Part shown: piece after piece, positions 48,640-62,475 of the stretch | How the letters are laid out: each line of letters starts with the position of its first letter | Position numbering within the stretch: the stretch's first letter is position 1 | Source of the DNA: Eledone cirrhosa | Taxonomy: Eukaryota | Length of the DNA stretch: 64,000 nucleotides | Assembly (NCBI GenBank): GCA_964016885.1 | Contig: OZ024746.1 | Coordinates: forward strand, 868,001-932,000 | Direction: 5' to 3' | Notes under the pieces: model-generated | The model's database searches: none | What the model was told of the DNA's origin: nothing | Seen by the model: the letters and a program-made list of their open reading frames with translations, nothing else | Position numbers and translations under genes: made by a program

Positions 48640-49620
48640 CACCTACAAGATTTAACAATCGAAGCAGAAACTGCTGCACTGAACAATCTCCACTCCATCT
48701 CAACATCCTCAGTTTTCTCAGGGACTTCTTTGAATTTGGATGCAATAGTATCTGCATACTTAGTCCTGACTTATCCACCAGTACTTTTCACTTTATCCTG
48801 TAGGTCACCCTAGACCTGCCAGGTTGGTGGCTTCTTTGGCTTTAGGTAGTCTCAAGTTGTAGATAACTAGATGGTGATCAGTTGTCAGCTCAGCCCCTCA
48901 CTTAACACAAACATTCAGCACAGAATCAAAGAGATCATAGACAATTATAAATTCAATTATTGATCTCTATCCTTGATTCCCCTTTATACCTTATATTTTT
49001 ATGGATGCTTCTGTGCTGGAAGAAGGTGTTTATAATAGAGATTCTATTGCTAGAACAGAAGTCTAGCAAGGCCTCTCCATTTGTATTTAGATTGGGGTTA
49101 CCATTCCTTCCAACCACTCCTTACCATGTCAGGTCATCAGAACCAATGTATTGAAGTTTGCCATCAGGTTATATGACTCGCTTTTAACTACATCTAATGC
49201 TGCAGTGACTTCATCAAGGAAGGACCTGTATTCAGACTCCTTGTTTGGTGTATAAACTTGCACCACCTACAGCTTGAAGAGACAAACTTTCCCTTCTAAA
49301 GGATTAAGTTTGTAACACATTCTGACAGCTGAGTGCTTGTATCCCCACTCTCACCTGTGCAGTCATTTCTGGTGCCATACCTGAATAGTGGAGTTTTCAT
49401 CATCCATTCAAATCTACAGTATCAGAGTCATGGAACTTTGTTGAGGAAATTCCAACTTTATCTAGCTGGTAGCATCTAGCCTCTTCCACTAGTTCCTACT
49501 TCCTATCTGTAATGGTTGTAATGTCCCAGTTGCCAATTGCTAAGATTTGCTCTCTACCAGACTTTGGGGTCTTGGGATATGCAACCTTTTGTGCTCCATC
49601 TCCCCTAGTAGCTGCCCACT
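48640..49620 (-). mobile_element. Degenerate RTE-like LINE endonuclease region
   Basis: Minus strand reads IGNWDITTIT...LVEEARCYQLDKVGISSTK, typical of the APE N-terminus; many stops. Confidence 0.55.
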
Positions 49621-50614
49621 TATATCACAGCTAACCATCATATCTGGTGGCCGTATCACTATCCGCCACCTGTGACCCATTCTCTAGCAGAACAGCTCTT
49701 CCAAGAATTTGCTGAAGTTAACAAAAATAAAAACCGAGTCTAGATTACAATATTTGGTTTCTTCAATTATTTTACATAGTGTCAACATTTAGCTGAGTTG
49801 AACGAGCTGCCTGGAAGCCATTCTGATGTCTTCAAAAATAGATCAACAGGAAGGACTCAATTTAATATAGATTTTAGCTGCAGTGAGCAGAAGAGATATC
49901 TCCTGTTGGGGGTACAAGGATTATTTGAGATTCCTCCAGATGGCAGGGCTTGGTTTATTTTGTGGGCTTAGGGAGCCGGAAGTGCTGGTGTGTAATCAGG
50001 ACGAAATACTTTTCAGGATTTGGTAGATTTTAATTCTGTTTTAAGGTCATCAAAAGAAAAGTTGTTGGAACATGGAAGGTATCTAGACTTTTGGTAAAGA
50101 TGAGATCTGTTGGTTACCTAACAATAAAAGGGTCAGTCCTGTTGGATGAACACCTGTAGAACCACCTTTTAATGGTTCACATTCAGTGTTTACCAGATAT
50201 TTCAGAAATAATTCTCTATGTAGCACAAGGCCAGAAATTTGGTGGTGGGAAATCACTTATATCAATTCCAGTGTGTTACTGGTACTTTATTTTGACTGTG
50301 GAAGGATTTAAACTCAGAACGCAAAGGGACGTAACTCTATGCCGCAAAACATGTCCGACGCTCTACTGATTCTGCCAACCTATTGCCCTGAATAATGGTT
50401 TCTGATTTAGACACAAGGCCAGCAATTTTGGGAGAGAGGAAAGTTGATTAAATTGACCCCAGTGCGTGACTGGTACTTTATTTTATTGACCCCGTAAAGA
50501 TGAAAGCAAAGCTAACCTCGGCGGGATTTGAACTCAGAATGTAAAGGGATGTAACTATATGCCACAAAGTATCGTATCCAATGTTCTACCAATTACTGTT
50601 AATCCACTTCCCTT

Positions 50615-51189
50615 GCTACCACTACCACCACTACCACTACTACTACCACTACTACTACTACCATTACCTCCACCACTACTATTACTACCACTACCACTAC
50701 CACTACCACCACCACCATCACTACTACTACTACCACTACCACCACCACTACTACTACTACCACGACTACCACCACTACTACTACTATACCTACCACTACT
50801 ACTACTACCACCATCACCACCATTACTATTGCTACCAATACTACTACCACCACCACCACCACTACTACTACTACTACTATAACTACCACTACTACTGCTA
50901 CTACTATTGCTACCACTACCACCACCACCACTACTGCGACTACCACCACCACCACTACTACTACTACTATAACTACCACTACTACCACCACCACTACTAC
51001 TACTATAACTACCACTACTACTATCACTACCACCACCACCACCACTATTACTACCACCACCACCACCACTATTACTACCACCACCACCACCACCACTACT
51101 ACTATTACTACCATCACCACCACCACCATCACTACTACTACTACTACTACTACTACTATCACTACTAGTATCACTACTACTACCACTAT

Positions 51190-51228
<39 letters not shown>

Positions 51229-51320
51229 CATCACCACCACCACTACTACTACCACTATTACTACTACTACTACCACCACTGCCACCACTACTACCACCGC
51301 CACCCTACTACTACTACTAC
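50615..51320. repeat. (ACT/ACC)n trinucleotide tract
   Basis: Directly visible. Confidence 0.97.
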
Positions 51321-51554
51321 TCCTAATAATAATAATAATATAATTGTTTCTACATTTGGCACAAGGCCAGCAATTATCCCAGTGTATTACTGGTACTTTA
51401 TTTTATCGACCCCGTAAGGATGAAAGGCAAAGTTAACCTTGGCGGGATTTGAACCTGTAAAGGGACATAACTCTTTGCTGGAAAGCATAGCATCTGACTC
51501 TCTACTGATACTGCTGATCCAAATAATAATAATAATGGTAATAATAATAATAAT

Positions 51555-51745
51555 CCTTAAAACAGATTTGGGACTGTCATGAGATGAAGGTCGTCCCGAT
51601 TGTCATAGGAGCACCAGGTACTATCTCAAAGAGTTTTCAAGGATGGTTAAAGAAGATTAGTCTGGCCCCCATCCTTTTTGGAACACTTCAAAAAGCATGC
51701 TTGCTGGGAACAGCAAGAACCCTCTGATATGTCCTGAATATTTGA
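51555..51745 (+). mobile_element. R4/Dong-like non-LTR element 3' fragment
   Basis: VVPIVIGAPGT...LQKACLLGTARTL. Confidence 0.6.
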
Positions 51746-52276
51746 GGCTGCTGTTAAATAACTGTTTCTACTTTTAGGCACAAGGCCATCAATTACCCAG
51801 TGCATTACTGCTGTTAAATAACATCAATGACTGAGACTCAAAGAAAAATAATAACAATGGTAATAATCATAAGCCAAAAATGAAATCGACAGTAGTGGAA
51901 ACTGAACTCACGAAGTACAAAGTTAAAAAGTCTAATAAAACACTGTTAATCATATTTTTATAACGTGACTTTTCAACATAAACCAAGTTGAGGAAAATAC
52001 AAGCAAAATGTTAAAGAAATTATAAGAAATTGTTGCCAAATGATTTCCAATTCTACTAAAATTACGTGTGATAATTGATATGTAATTAATATGAAGGAGA
52101 TGATGGGGTGTGTAATTAAAGGGGGAGGAGGGGAGATTGAATAGTAATTTAGAATATCAAACAAATTGGTGAGAATATATTTATGCATAGTTTTGAGATT
52201 TTGTGTTGGTTTTTAATGACAGGCGCTTCCCTTGAAGCTTCCGTTAAATTATGTTCAATTAATTAGCCTTTGGGTC

Positions 52277-52339
52277 TATAAAAACCAATCCAAATTCTCT
52301 TGTAAAATCACAACTCTGAAGACTTTGTCGTACTACAAG
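52277..52339 (+). promoter_or_regulatory. TATA box plus short non-coding first exon of the EF-hand gene
   Basis: TATAAAAA at 52277, initiator-like TCA at 52308-52310 about 30 nt downstream, donor-like AAG|gtaata at 52339/52340. Confidence 0.6.
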
Positions 52340-52409
52340 GTAATATTGTTTTTCTTTCTTCAGACTTTCATCTAACGCCTATTTCGTTCTTGTCTAATGT
52401 TTGTGTGCA

Positions 52410-52825
52410 ACAGTACCACACTAAACACTACAACACTACAACCATGCTAAACACTATAACAGTACCACACTAAACACTATAACACTACCACGCTAAACAC
52501 TATAACACTACCACGCTAAACACTACCATGCTAAACACTACAACAGTACCACGCTAAACACTAAAACAGTACCACGCTAAACACTAAAACAGTACCACAC
52601 TAAACACTAAAACAGTACCACGCTAAACACTAAAACAGTACCACGCTAAACACTATAACACTACCACACTAAACACTATAACACTACCACACTAAACACT
52701 ATAACACTACAACACTACCATGCTAAACACTACAACAGTACCACGCTAAACACTAAAACAGTACCACGCTAAACACTAAAACAGTACCACGCTAAACACT
52801 ACAACAGTACCACACTAAACACTAC
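52410..52825. repeat. About 23-bp minisatellite in the EF-hand gene first intron
   Basis: acagtaccacgctaaacactaa(a). Confidence 0.9.
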
Positions 52826-53778
52826 AGGATGACTGAACCATTTACCCTATTACCATTACTGAATTCAGTCATCCTACAGTAACAATGGGGTTCTTCAACC
52901 AAGTTTATTTCTCGATCTTTATAATATTCTCGGGTCCCAAATAATAGGGGAGGGGTGGAATAAGCAGAGTGGTTGGAAAGACGATAATTTTTCTAGGTTG
53001 TCTCTGTTGATTTAAAAAAAAACCCAGAATTAGTCATTTAGTTTACATATTGAGGCCCCAACCCTATTTATTTTATAACATTATTTTGTCATGTATGTTT
53101 TTTAATGTCAAAAGAAAATTGTGCCAGGAATGCTGCCACTTAAAATAAAAATTCACCAGAGATAGATTAGTAAAATTTAATAAGGGGGTGGGGGAGATTA
53201 TTGGAGATTGGAGAGTATATTGAACTTATGACATGTGTGCTGATCAAAGGTGCGATCACTATATCTGATGGAAAGGAACAATGTCAGTTAATTGACACTC
53301 TTTTTCTTGATTTGGGCGGGCGAGCGAGCATTACTGAAGAAGATGAGAGAGAAGGGGGAGTAAGTCTATGGCCCCAGAAAAGAAGACATGTGAAACTCTA
53401 ACAATTCTGCCAAGCTACCTTCCTCAACCACTATTTATTGACCCAGGAGTAGACTCCAAACAGAATGATTGGATAACATCCATGCGATGGGATGGTCTTG
53501 CTTGGGGATCCAGCCGGATCAGTTGGAGATGGTTGCTTCTGACAGGACCTGTTGGAAGGAGTGTTTGAGGACTCTAGTCCTATGACCCTGAAAGGACAAA
53601 ATGTCAAGTTGACATTGGTGGGATTTGAACTCCCAGTACAGAGGTCTGGCACAACTTCCATTTGTTGCCATAATTTTAATTACAATAAATTACAATAATA
53701 TTTAGTATTTATTTGTTTATTTTTATTATATTTTTATATAGAATTATCATTGTTCCAGTAATAACTAATTTTCTGAAA

Positions 53779-53880
53779 ATGGCTAAAGGTACCTTGGCTG
53801 CTATGTTGATAGCTTGCATGGTTTTAATGGCATATGCCACCCCAGTGAAACAGGCCCGAGCTGTGAAAGCCATAAAACAA
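53779..53880 (+). CDS. EF-hand protein coding exon 1 (signal peptide)
   Basis: aaaATGG start context; donor CAA|gtaagt; AT-rich acceptor candidates at about 53741 and 53757. Confidence 0.85.
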
Positions 53881-56800
53881 GTAAGTACTGAAGTTGTATT
53901 ACAATCATACACTCTATCACCCCTTGGATATAGTCCAGACTCTCTCTATTTCCAGGCCAATGACAGACATAATATATGCCAAACTCTCTCTATTTCCAGA
54001 TCAATGACAGACATGATATATGCCAGAGTCTCTCGATTTCCAGACCAATGACAGACATGATATATGCCAGACTCTCTCTATTTCCAGACCAATGACAGAC
54101 ATGATATAGTCCAGACTCTCTCTATTTCCAGACCAATGACAGACATAATATATGCCAGAGTCTCTCGATTTCCAGACCAATGACAGACATGATATAGTCC
54201 AGACTCTCTCTATTTCCAGACCAATGACAGACATAATATATGCCAGACTCTCTCTATTTCCAGGCCAATGACAGACATAATATATGCCAGACACTCCCTA
54301 TTTCCAGACCAATGACAGACATGATATAATCCAGACTCTCTCTATTTCCAGACCAATGACAGACATGATATAGTCCAGACTCTCTCTATTTCCAGACCAA
54401 TGACAGACATGATATAGTCCAGACTCTCTCTATTTCCAGACCAATGACAGACATGATATATGCCAGACTTTCTCTATTTCCAGACCAATGACAGACATGA
54501 TATAGACCAGACTCTCTATTTCCAGGCCAATGACAGACATGATATACTCCAGACATGATATAGTCCAGACTCTCTCTATTTCCAGACCAATGACAGACAT
54601 GATATAGGTCAGACTCTCTATTTCCAGACCAATGAGATGCTCTGGTTGATTCTCTGCTGATTTGATCTCAGAAACTATGAAGTGGAGATTATTAAATAAT
54701 GTAGAAGATAACTTTCATTGAGTTGTTGACTGTAGAGAGTAACAAGACACTCACACTCCACAACAAGACACTCGCTCCACATAACAAGACACTCACACTC
54801 CACATAACAAGACACTCCCACTCCACAAGACACTCCCACTCCACAACAAGACACTCACACTCCCACTCCACAAGACACTCCCACTCCACAACAAGACACT
54901 CACACTCCACAACAAGACACTCACACTCTACATAACAAGACACTCACACTCTACATAACAAGATACTCACACTCCACAACAAGGCACTCACACTCCACAA
55001 CAAGACACTCACACTCCACAACAAGACACTCACACTCCACAACAAGACACTCACACTTCACAACAAGACACTCACAGTCCACATAACAAGACACTCCCAC
55101 TCCACATAACAAGACACTCCCACTCCACATAACAAGACACTCACACTCCACATAACAAGACACTCACACTCCACAGCCAACACTCCACATAACCAGACAC
55201 TCTAACAGCTATTCTCTATATTCCAGTTACAGGCTGTTGCCAAGAAGAATACAGCTAACAGCGTCAAGTTTATCCTTAATCTTTTTGATGAAAATAAAAA
55301 TGGAGGTCTTGAAGAAACAGAACTGGCCACTATGCTTGGGGCTATTGGTAATATAGAACCTGAAGATGCCCTAACATACGCTTCTATGGCGATGTTAATG
55401 GACGCGAATGAAAATGGCAAATTGGATGAAAATGGTACAGTATAAGAAACCAATTTTTTAAAGTACATATGTGTGTGCTTGTATGTGTGTGTGTGTATGT
55501 GTGTGTGTGTGCTTGTATGTATGTATATTTAACCATCTTTAACAACAACCCTGAGCACACTTTTGATTTCCATGTGTATAACTCCTGCGGACATGCTTAC
55601 AAAATCAGAAAACAGCAGCTCCGATGACTTTCAGAAACATTTTTTCGCGCTCAGAGTTGTTGAAGCATTGAACAAACTGCCTGCATCAGTTGTTAGCTGC
55701 TGGGACACTGCATCCTTCAAAACTTCCATGCTTCCTGAGATTCGCCAACAGTATACATGATATTTCTCCTCCATATATACACACACACGTGTGTGTATAT
55801 GTATGTGTGTATATCATGACTCATACACTGTTCACTTACCTGACATTTGTACATTAATCCATGTACTATACATGCACCTTTGATGAGTTGTAGTGCACCT
55901 AAGCACTGTACGTAATAATCATCATCATACGTCTTTTTTTACCTGATTGCAAGGGTAGGATGGGTCCTCTTCAGCACAGCATGTGTATTTTTGGTTAAGA
56001 GGTGCCTACTGACTGTAGGTTTTGCTTTGTACTTAGGCAAGGCGGGTCTTCTGTATTACTGCGTAGCGCCAAAGATCTCAGTCCAGTGACATTGTCTTGG
56101 AGAGGTGTAAGTGTGTGAGGTCGGAATTTGTCAAATCATCCCAGGTTTTTTTGGGTCTGCCTACTCCGTAGCTACCGTCTATTTTCATCGCCCTGCATTT
56201 TTTTATACAGCTGTCGTCTTTCATGCGCATCACGTGACCAAACCAACGTAGTCCCTCTTATTCTTTATTTCTCACTTAGTTCATTTATGCTTTGCCATTC
56301 ACGTATATTACTATTACACATCTGCACAGATCCTCTGCACACAATGCCCATGTAACATTACTGTTCGTATGCAGGCATCATACAGTCTGCCTTTCATTTT
56401 TAGAGAGAAACCTTTAGCGGCCAATAGTGGTATAAGCTCTCTAAACTTTTTCCATCCCGTTCTGACTCTAGCAACTGTATTTTCAGAGCACCCTCCACCA
56501 CTGCTGATTTTGTCACCCAGGTAACGGAAGGTGTCCACTATTTCTATAGAACCATCTGGGCAATGGAAGGAGCTAGTATTCTGTGGGCACTTGCTGCTAC
56601 TTATTGCACCTGAGCACCAGCCACATATAAAATCTATGTTCTTAGTTAGCTTACCTGTGATCCCACTACATCTTTTATGCACCCATACTTTGTATTTGGG
56701 ACATAAAATGGAGTTTCTGCCTACTCCTTTCCTTCACACTGAGCATGGCCATTTCCCAGAGGGGACCAGTGCCCTATTTTCCTTCCTACATACTAGAACT

Positions 56801-59156
56801 TTAGTCTTAGACAAGTTAATTTTAAGGCCTTTTGATTCTAGGCCATGTGTCCAAGTTCGGAATTTCTTCTCTAGTTCGGCCATTCATTCAGCTATGAGCG
56901 TTAGATCATCTGCGTATAGAAGTTCCCATAGGCAGTCAGTCTTGAACTCCTCTGTTATAGCCTGAAGGGCAATAATAAATAGGAGGGGGCTAAGGACAGA
57001 GTCCTGATGAACACCAACTTTTACACTAAATTCTTCACTATATTCGTTGTTAATTCTAACCTTGCTGACTCTTTCTTTATACATAGCTTGTATAGCTCTC
57101 ACAAGCCATTCATCAACACCTAGTTTTCTAAGAGCCCACCAGATAATGGAGCGGGGGACTCTGTCAAAGGCTTTCTCCAAGTCAACAAAAGCTAAGTATA
57201 GGGGTTTACTTTTAGCTAGGTACTTCTCCTGTAGTTGCCGTAAAGGAAAAGCGCGTCTGTGGTACTTTTACCTGACACAAAACCCAAACTGCATTTCATC
57301 TAGATCAATTCGCTCTCTGATTAGTTGCGCTATAACTTTTTCTGTGACCTTCATGACCTGGTCAATTAATTTAATGCCTCTATAGTTTCTCCTATCTAGG
57401 GCATCTCCTTTACCCTTGTAGCAGTTAATGATGATGCTGCTACGCCAGTCATTTGGTATGACCCCATTCTGTATGACTTGGTTTACTATCCGGGTGACCA
57501 TAGTGTGTCCCACCGATCCAGATGCTTTCAGCATTTCAGCAACTATCTCCAAAGGCCCAGCTGCTTTGCCTGTCTTCATATCTTTGATTGCCTTACTTAT
57601 TATACTACCTTCAACTTGCACTGCTGGTCTCTCTATTGGATCGATTTGGGGCAGACTATCTTTTTCCCACTTATTCTCCTCATTTAGTAGCCTCTCGTAG
57701 TGACACTTCCAAGCTACCTTCTTATCAGTATCAGTGACGGCAAGTATACCATCATCATTATGTACACACTTCGCCCCGACAATATCACAATTTTCCTTGA
57801 CACATTGCCTAGCAATCCTGAACACCTCACATTTTTGGTCCTCACGTAGAACATGCTTGAACTTTCTTTCCTCTGCTTCCCTTCTTGCAAGGTACACTTG
57901 TCTCCTAGCTTCTCTCCTGGCCACTTGATAGTGTTCTCTACTTCCCCCATCCCGCCACACTTTCCAAGCTTGCTTTTTGGCCTTGATTGACTCCTCCACC
58001 TTACTGTTCCACCACCATGTTACTCTCCTCCTGTCTATAGGTCTGCTCCAGCCACAGGTTTCATCTGTTGCCTTCAGCAGGTTAACTTTCAAGAATTTCC
58101 ACTGTTCCTCTATACTGTACGGCTCTAATTGTTCTTCCTTACTGTGAAAAGCATCAAGTAATATGCTTTTAAATTTGTTACTGACTATGGGGTCCTTTAA
58201 CTTTCATATTCTTCTTCTCAGGGTAGTCCTCCTCTGTTGTCGAATACGTCTCGTCCTGACTATGAGGTCACTAACTCTGAGGCTATGTTGGGAGGTGTAT
58301 TCTTCATGGGGGAGGGATTTAGTGTTTACAACAGACACTTTGTCCCATCTTCTAGTAAGGATATAATCTATCTGACTGGCGTGTTACTCTGATCTATAGG
58401 TGATCAAGTGATTGTCTCGTTTTTTGAAGTTTGTGTTACAGATAGTTAGGTTATTAGCGTCACAGAATTCCAGGATTCTGAAGCCTACCTCATTCCTAAT
58501 ACCAAACACATAGCCTCCATGGATTCCATCATAGCCATCACAATGTTGTCCAACGTGACCATTTAGGTCGCTAGCAATAATTATGTAGTCACTGTCGGTT
58601 ATTTGTGAGGTAGTGAGCATTAGCGACTCATAGAATCTGTCTTTTATAACGCCAGGCAGTCCAGATTAGGGTGCGTAAGTGGATATTATTGTCAGTAGTT
58701 CTATTTAGGACAAGTCTTATTTTGATTATTCTGTCGTTCACTCTATTTACGGCAATTACCTTATCTACCCATTTTTCTGCTAACATAATTCCTACTCCAC
58801 CCAGCCCATTGTCATTTCCCACCCAGAAAAGTTTATAGCATCGTTTTTTACCCACAATGAATCTAGCAGACCCACCCCTCCACATAGAATCTTGGACGCA
58901 ACAAGCATCAACTTCCTTACGTTCAAGCATCTCTACAACTTTATTAGAGTGACCTTTAAAAGTGCCTACATTCATGGTACCAACTCTGAAGTTTTGGATT
59001 TCGTTTGGTGGGTGGAAGGGATGGGTTGGAGGTGTAGGGAGGGGTGAGGGAGATGGGGTTATGTTAGCCATCCGTGTCTGAAATAAAGAGGAGTCCTTGC
59101 ATTTTCGTCCGGCCACATGAGGTGAATTTATCGTTATCTTTGACATTGTCATTTGA

Positions 59157-59190
<34 letters not shown>

Positions 59191-59590
59191 CATCATCATC
59201 ATCATCGTTTAACGTTCATCTTCCACGCTAGCATGGGTTTAGACGGGAATTGCCCCACTTGAGGCAAGATTGGTTGCCTTGCTCGTATAGGACTGTCTGG
59301 AAGGTTTTCTACGGCTGGATGCCCTTCCTAACACCAACCACGTTTACAGTGTCGACTGGGAGGTTTTCACCGTGTTACCTACACGGCCACATTACAGCGT
59401 GGACTGTGTGTTTTTTTGTCGTGACCCCTACACGATCTCAATTATTTAGGACTATGTTGTGGTACCAACATGTATATATATACCTGTTACTATTTTCAAA
59501 ATGTTTGTTCTCACCCAACTTCTGATATTTTTGTTTCCTGTTTTGTTTTCCCCAGAACTGGCCAATTTAGTGAATATGAGTAACCCTTGA
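53779..59590 (+). CDS. Secreted two-EF-hand calcium-binding protein, 3 coding exons, 114 aa
   Basis: Exons 53779-53880, 55227-55434 and 59556-59590 splice in frame: MAKGTLAAMLIACMVLMAYA-TPVKQARAVKAIKQ/LQAVAKKNTANSVKFILNLF-DENKNGGLEETE-LATMLGAIGNIEPEDALTYASMAMLM-DANENGKLDEN/E-LANLVNMSNP*. Hydrophobic signal peptide with an A-x-A cleavage motif and two canonical 12-residue EF loops; the final Glu of the second loop is completed by the splice. Confidence 0.88.
53930..54635. repeat. 44-bp minisatellite, about 16 copies
   Basis: ccagactctctctatttccagaccaatgacagacatgatatagt. Confidence 0.95.
54740..55200. repeat. 21-23 bp minisatellite
   Basis: acaagacactcacactccac(a/ata). Confidence 0.93.
55227..55434 (+). 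CDS. EF-hand protein coding exon 2 (EF1 and most of EF2)
   Basis: ctaac branch point and ttctctatattccag acceptor (in-frame alternative AG 6 nt later); donor AATG|gtacag. Confidence 0.9.
55529..55915 (+). mobile_element. CR1-group LINE 3' end
   Basis: NKLPASVVSC...SMLPEIRQ plus the same 3'UTR as the other CR1 copies. Confidence 0.9.
55916..59155 (-). mobile_element. Near full-length, disrupted RTE LINE (APE endonuclease plus RT)
   Basis: GTMNVGT, DLNGHVG, CYKGKGDALDRRNYRGIKL, DLEKAFDRVPR, LSPLLF, LYADD and LYDACIRTVMLHG; frameshifts and deletions; (atg)n tail. Confidence 0.95.
59556..59590 (+). CDS. EF-hand protein last coding exon
   Basis: Long polypyrimidine tract then ccccag|AA CTG GCC ... 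TGA; completes the EF2 Glu12 and exit helix; AATAAA at 59679. Confidence 0.85.
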
Positions 59591-59678
59591 AGAGTAAGAA
59601 AGAATACTATCAATATCGAAAAGCTATTGAAATGAATTATCTATATCTGTTCTAATGCCTTATAGCTGTATTGCAAAC

Positions 59679-59684
59679 AATAAA
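59679..59684 (+). terminator. Polyadenylation signal of the EF-hand gene
   Basis: AATAAA about 90 nt after the TGA, followed by U-rich sequence. Confidence 0.65.
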
Positions 59685-60281
59685 ATTGGTCTTCAAAGCT
59701 ATACATTGTTTATTGTTTTCTCTTTAACTCTTAATATCCTGTAATGATTGAGTAGAAAACAGGTTTGTTAATTCAAATGTTTATAGCAACTTTACTAGTA
59801 GATAGATTGTTGTGAAAATTTGCTGTTTTGGAGTAAAAGACATTAGTTTTTAATGTGATTCAGTCATAGTACTGTTTTGTACTTTTCAAGAATGTCTTGC
59901 TAATGTGGTTTCATGTCGGGTCTTCACACACACTCACACCCACACCCACACACATACACCCACTCACACACACACACTCACACACACACACACACTTACA
60001 CCCACACACTCACACACCAACACAATAATGGTTTCTACTATAGACACAAGGCCAGCAATTTTGGGGGAGAAAAAAGTCAATTAAATCCACCCAGTACATT
60101 ACTGGTACTTTATTTTATTGACCCCTAAAGTAATGCTAACTTTGTGGGATTTGAACTCAGAAAGTAAAGGGCCATAACACTACCAATTACTGCCATATAA
60201 TAGTGGGATATCCAAAACAAAAACAACTTCTGACATTTTATTGCAAGCGTGGAATATGGACGTTAAACGATGATGATGATG

Positions 60282-60313
<32 letters not shown>

Positions 60314-60607
60314 GTATATGTCATCTTGGTTAAGAGAGTGGGACTGGCTTTGTGCAGTGCCTTTGCTCACTATAAAAGCTTCACGGCACAGGCATTGCTT
60401 TATATCTGGAGATCTCTCTGCACTTGTCGTCACATGGTACCAAGGGCAAAGCACTGTGTGTCAATAATTGTCACAAGTGTAGTGTTTGTATCAGAGTTTT
60501 CAACTCGCTAGCTGCCTAAAAAGTCACACTTGTTCAGCGCATCGGTAGGGGTTCTCCTGCATGGATATAAAGTAGTGGCCGTACTCGAAAACGAGTTGGC
60601 AGCCACC

Positions 60608-61216
60608 ATGTATATGTATATATATATGTATATATATATATGTATATATATATGTATATGTATATATGTATATGTATATATGTATATGTATGTATATATA
60701 TGTATATGTATATATGTATGTGTATGTATATGTATATATATATTTATATATATATGTATATATATGTATATGTATATGTATATATATATGTATATGTATA
60801 TATATATGTATATGTATATATATTTATATGTATATGTATATATATTTATATGTATATGTATATATATTTATATGTATATGTATATATATTTATATATATA
60901 TGTATATATATTTATATATATATGTATATATATTTATATATATATGTATGTATATGTATATATATTTATATATATATGTATATATATTTATATATATATG
61001 TATATATATTTATAGATATATGTATATATATATATGTATATATATATGTATATATATATGTATATATATATGTATATATATATGTATATATATATATATA
61101 TGTATATATATTTATATGTATATGTATATGTATATATATATATATATGTATATATATTTATATGTATATGTATATGTATATATATATGTATATATATATG
61201 TATGTATATGTATATG

Positions 61217-61247
<31 letters not shown>

Positions 61248-61648
61248 GTATATATATATGTATATATATATGTATATATATATATGTATATATATATATG
61301 TATATATATATGTGTATATATATATGTATATATATATATATGTATATATATATATGTATATATATATATGTATATATATATATATGTATATATATATATG
61401 TATATATATATGTATATATATATGTATATATATATGTATATATATATATATGTATATATATATGTATATATATATATGTATATGTATATATATATATGTA
61501 TATATGTATATGTATATATATATATGTATATATGTATATGTATATGTATATATATATATGTGTATATGTATATGTGTATATATGTATGTGTGTATATATG
61601 TATATATATGTATATGTATATGTGTATATATATGTATGTATATGTATA

Positions 61649-61683
<35 letters not shown>

Positions 61684-61949
61684 GTGTGTATATGTATATG
61701 TGTGTATATGTTTGTGTATATATGTATATGTATATGTGTATATATATATATGTATATGTGTATATATATATATGTATATGTATGTGTATATATATATGTA
61801 TATGTGTATATATATATGTATATGTGTATATATGTATATGTATATATATATATATGTATATGTATATATATATATATGTATATGTGTATATATATATATA
61901 TGTATATGTATATATATATGTATGTATATGTGTATATATATATATATGT

Positions 61950-61981
<32 letters not shown>

Positions 61982-62475
61982 GTGTATATATATATATATA
62001 TGTATATGTGTATATATATATATATATGTATATGTGTATATATATATATATGTATATGTGTGTATATATATATATGTATATGTGTGTATATATATATATG
62101 TATATGTGTGTATATATATATATGTATATGTGTGTATATATATATATGTATATGTGTGTATATATATGTATATGTGTGTATATATATATATGTATATGTG
62201 TATATATATATATGTATATGTGTGTATATATATATATGTATATGTGTGTATATATATATATGTGTATATATATATATGTATATGTGTATATATATATATA
62301 TATGTATATGTGTATATATATGTATATGTATATATATATATATGTGTATATATATGTGTATATATATATATCTGTATATGTGTATATATATATAAATGTA
62401 TATGTGTATATATATATATGTATATGTGTATATATATATGTATATGTGAATATATATATGTATATGTGTATATCT
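60608..62475. repeat. About 1.9 kb (TA)n/(TG) compound microsatellite
   Basis: Directly visible; a pure (TA)n tract follows at 62626-62734. Confidence 0.98.

Noticed and set aside
50559-51303. Poly-His/Tyr, poly-Pro/Leu and poly-Val ORFs
   Set aside because: Trinucleotide (ACT/ACC)n tract between SINEs; no splice or domain support.
60320-60607. GC-richer island with TATAAAA between microsatellites
   Set aside because: No recognisable ORF or RNA fold; microsatellite flanks suggest an unclassified repeat fragment, which needs a repeat-library search to settle.
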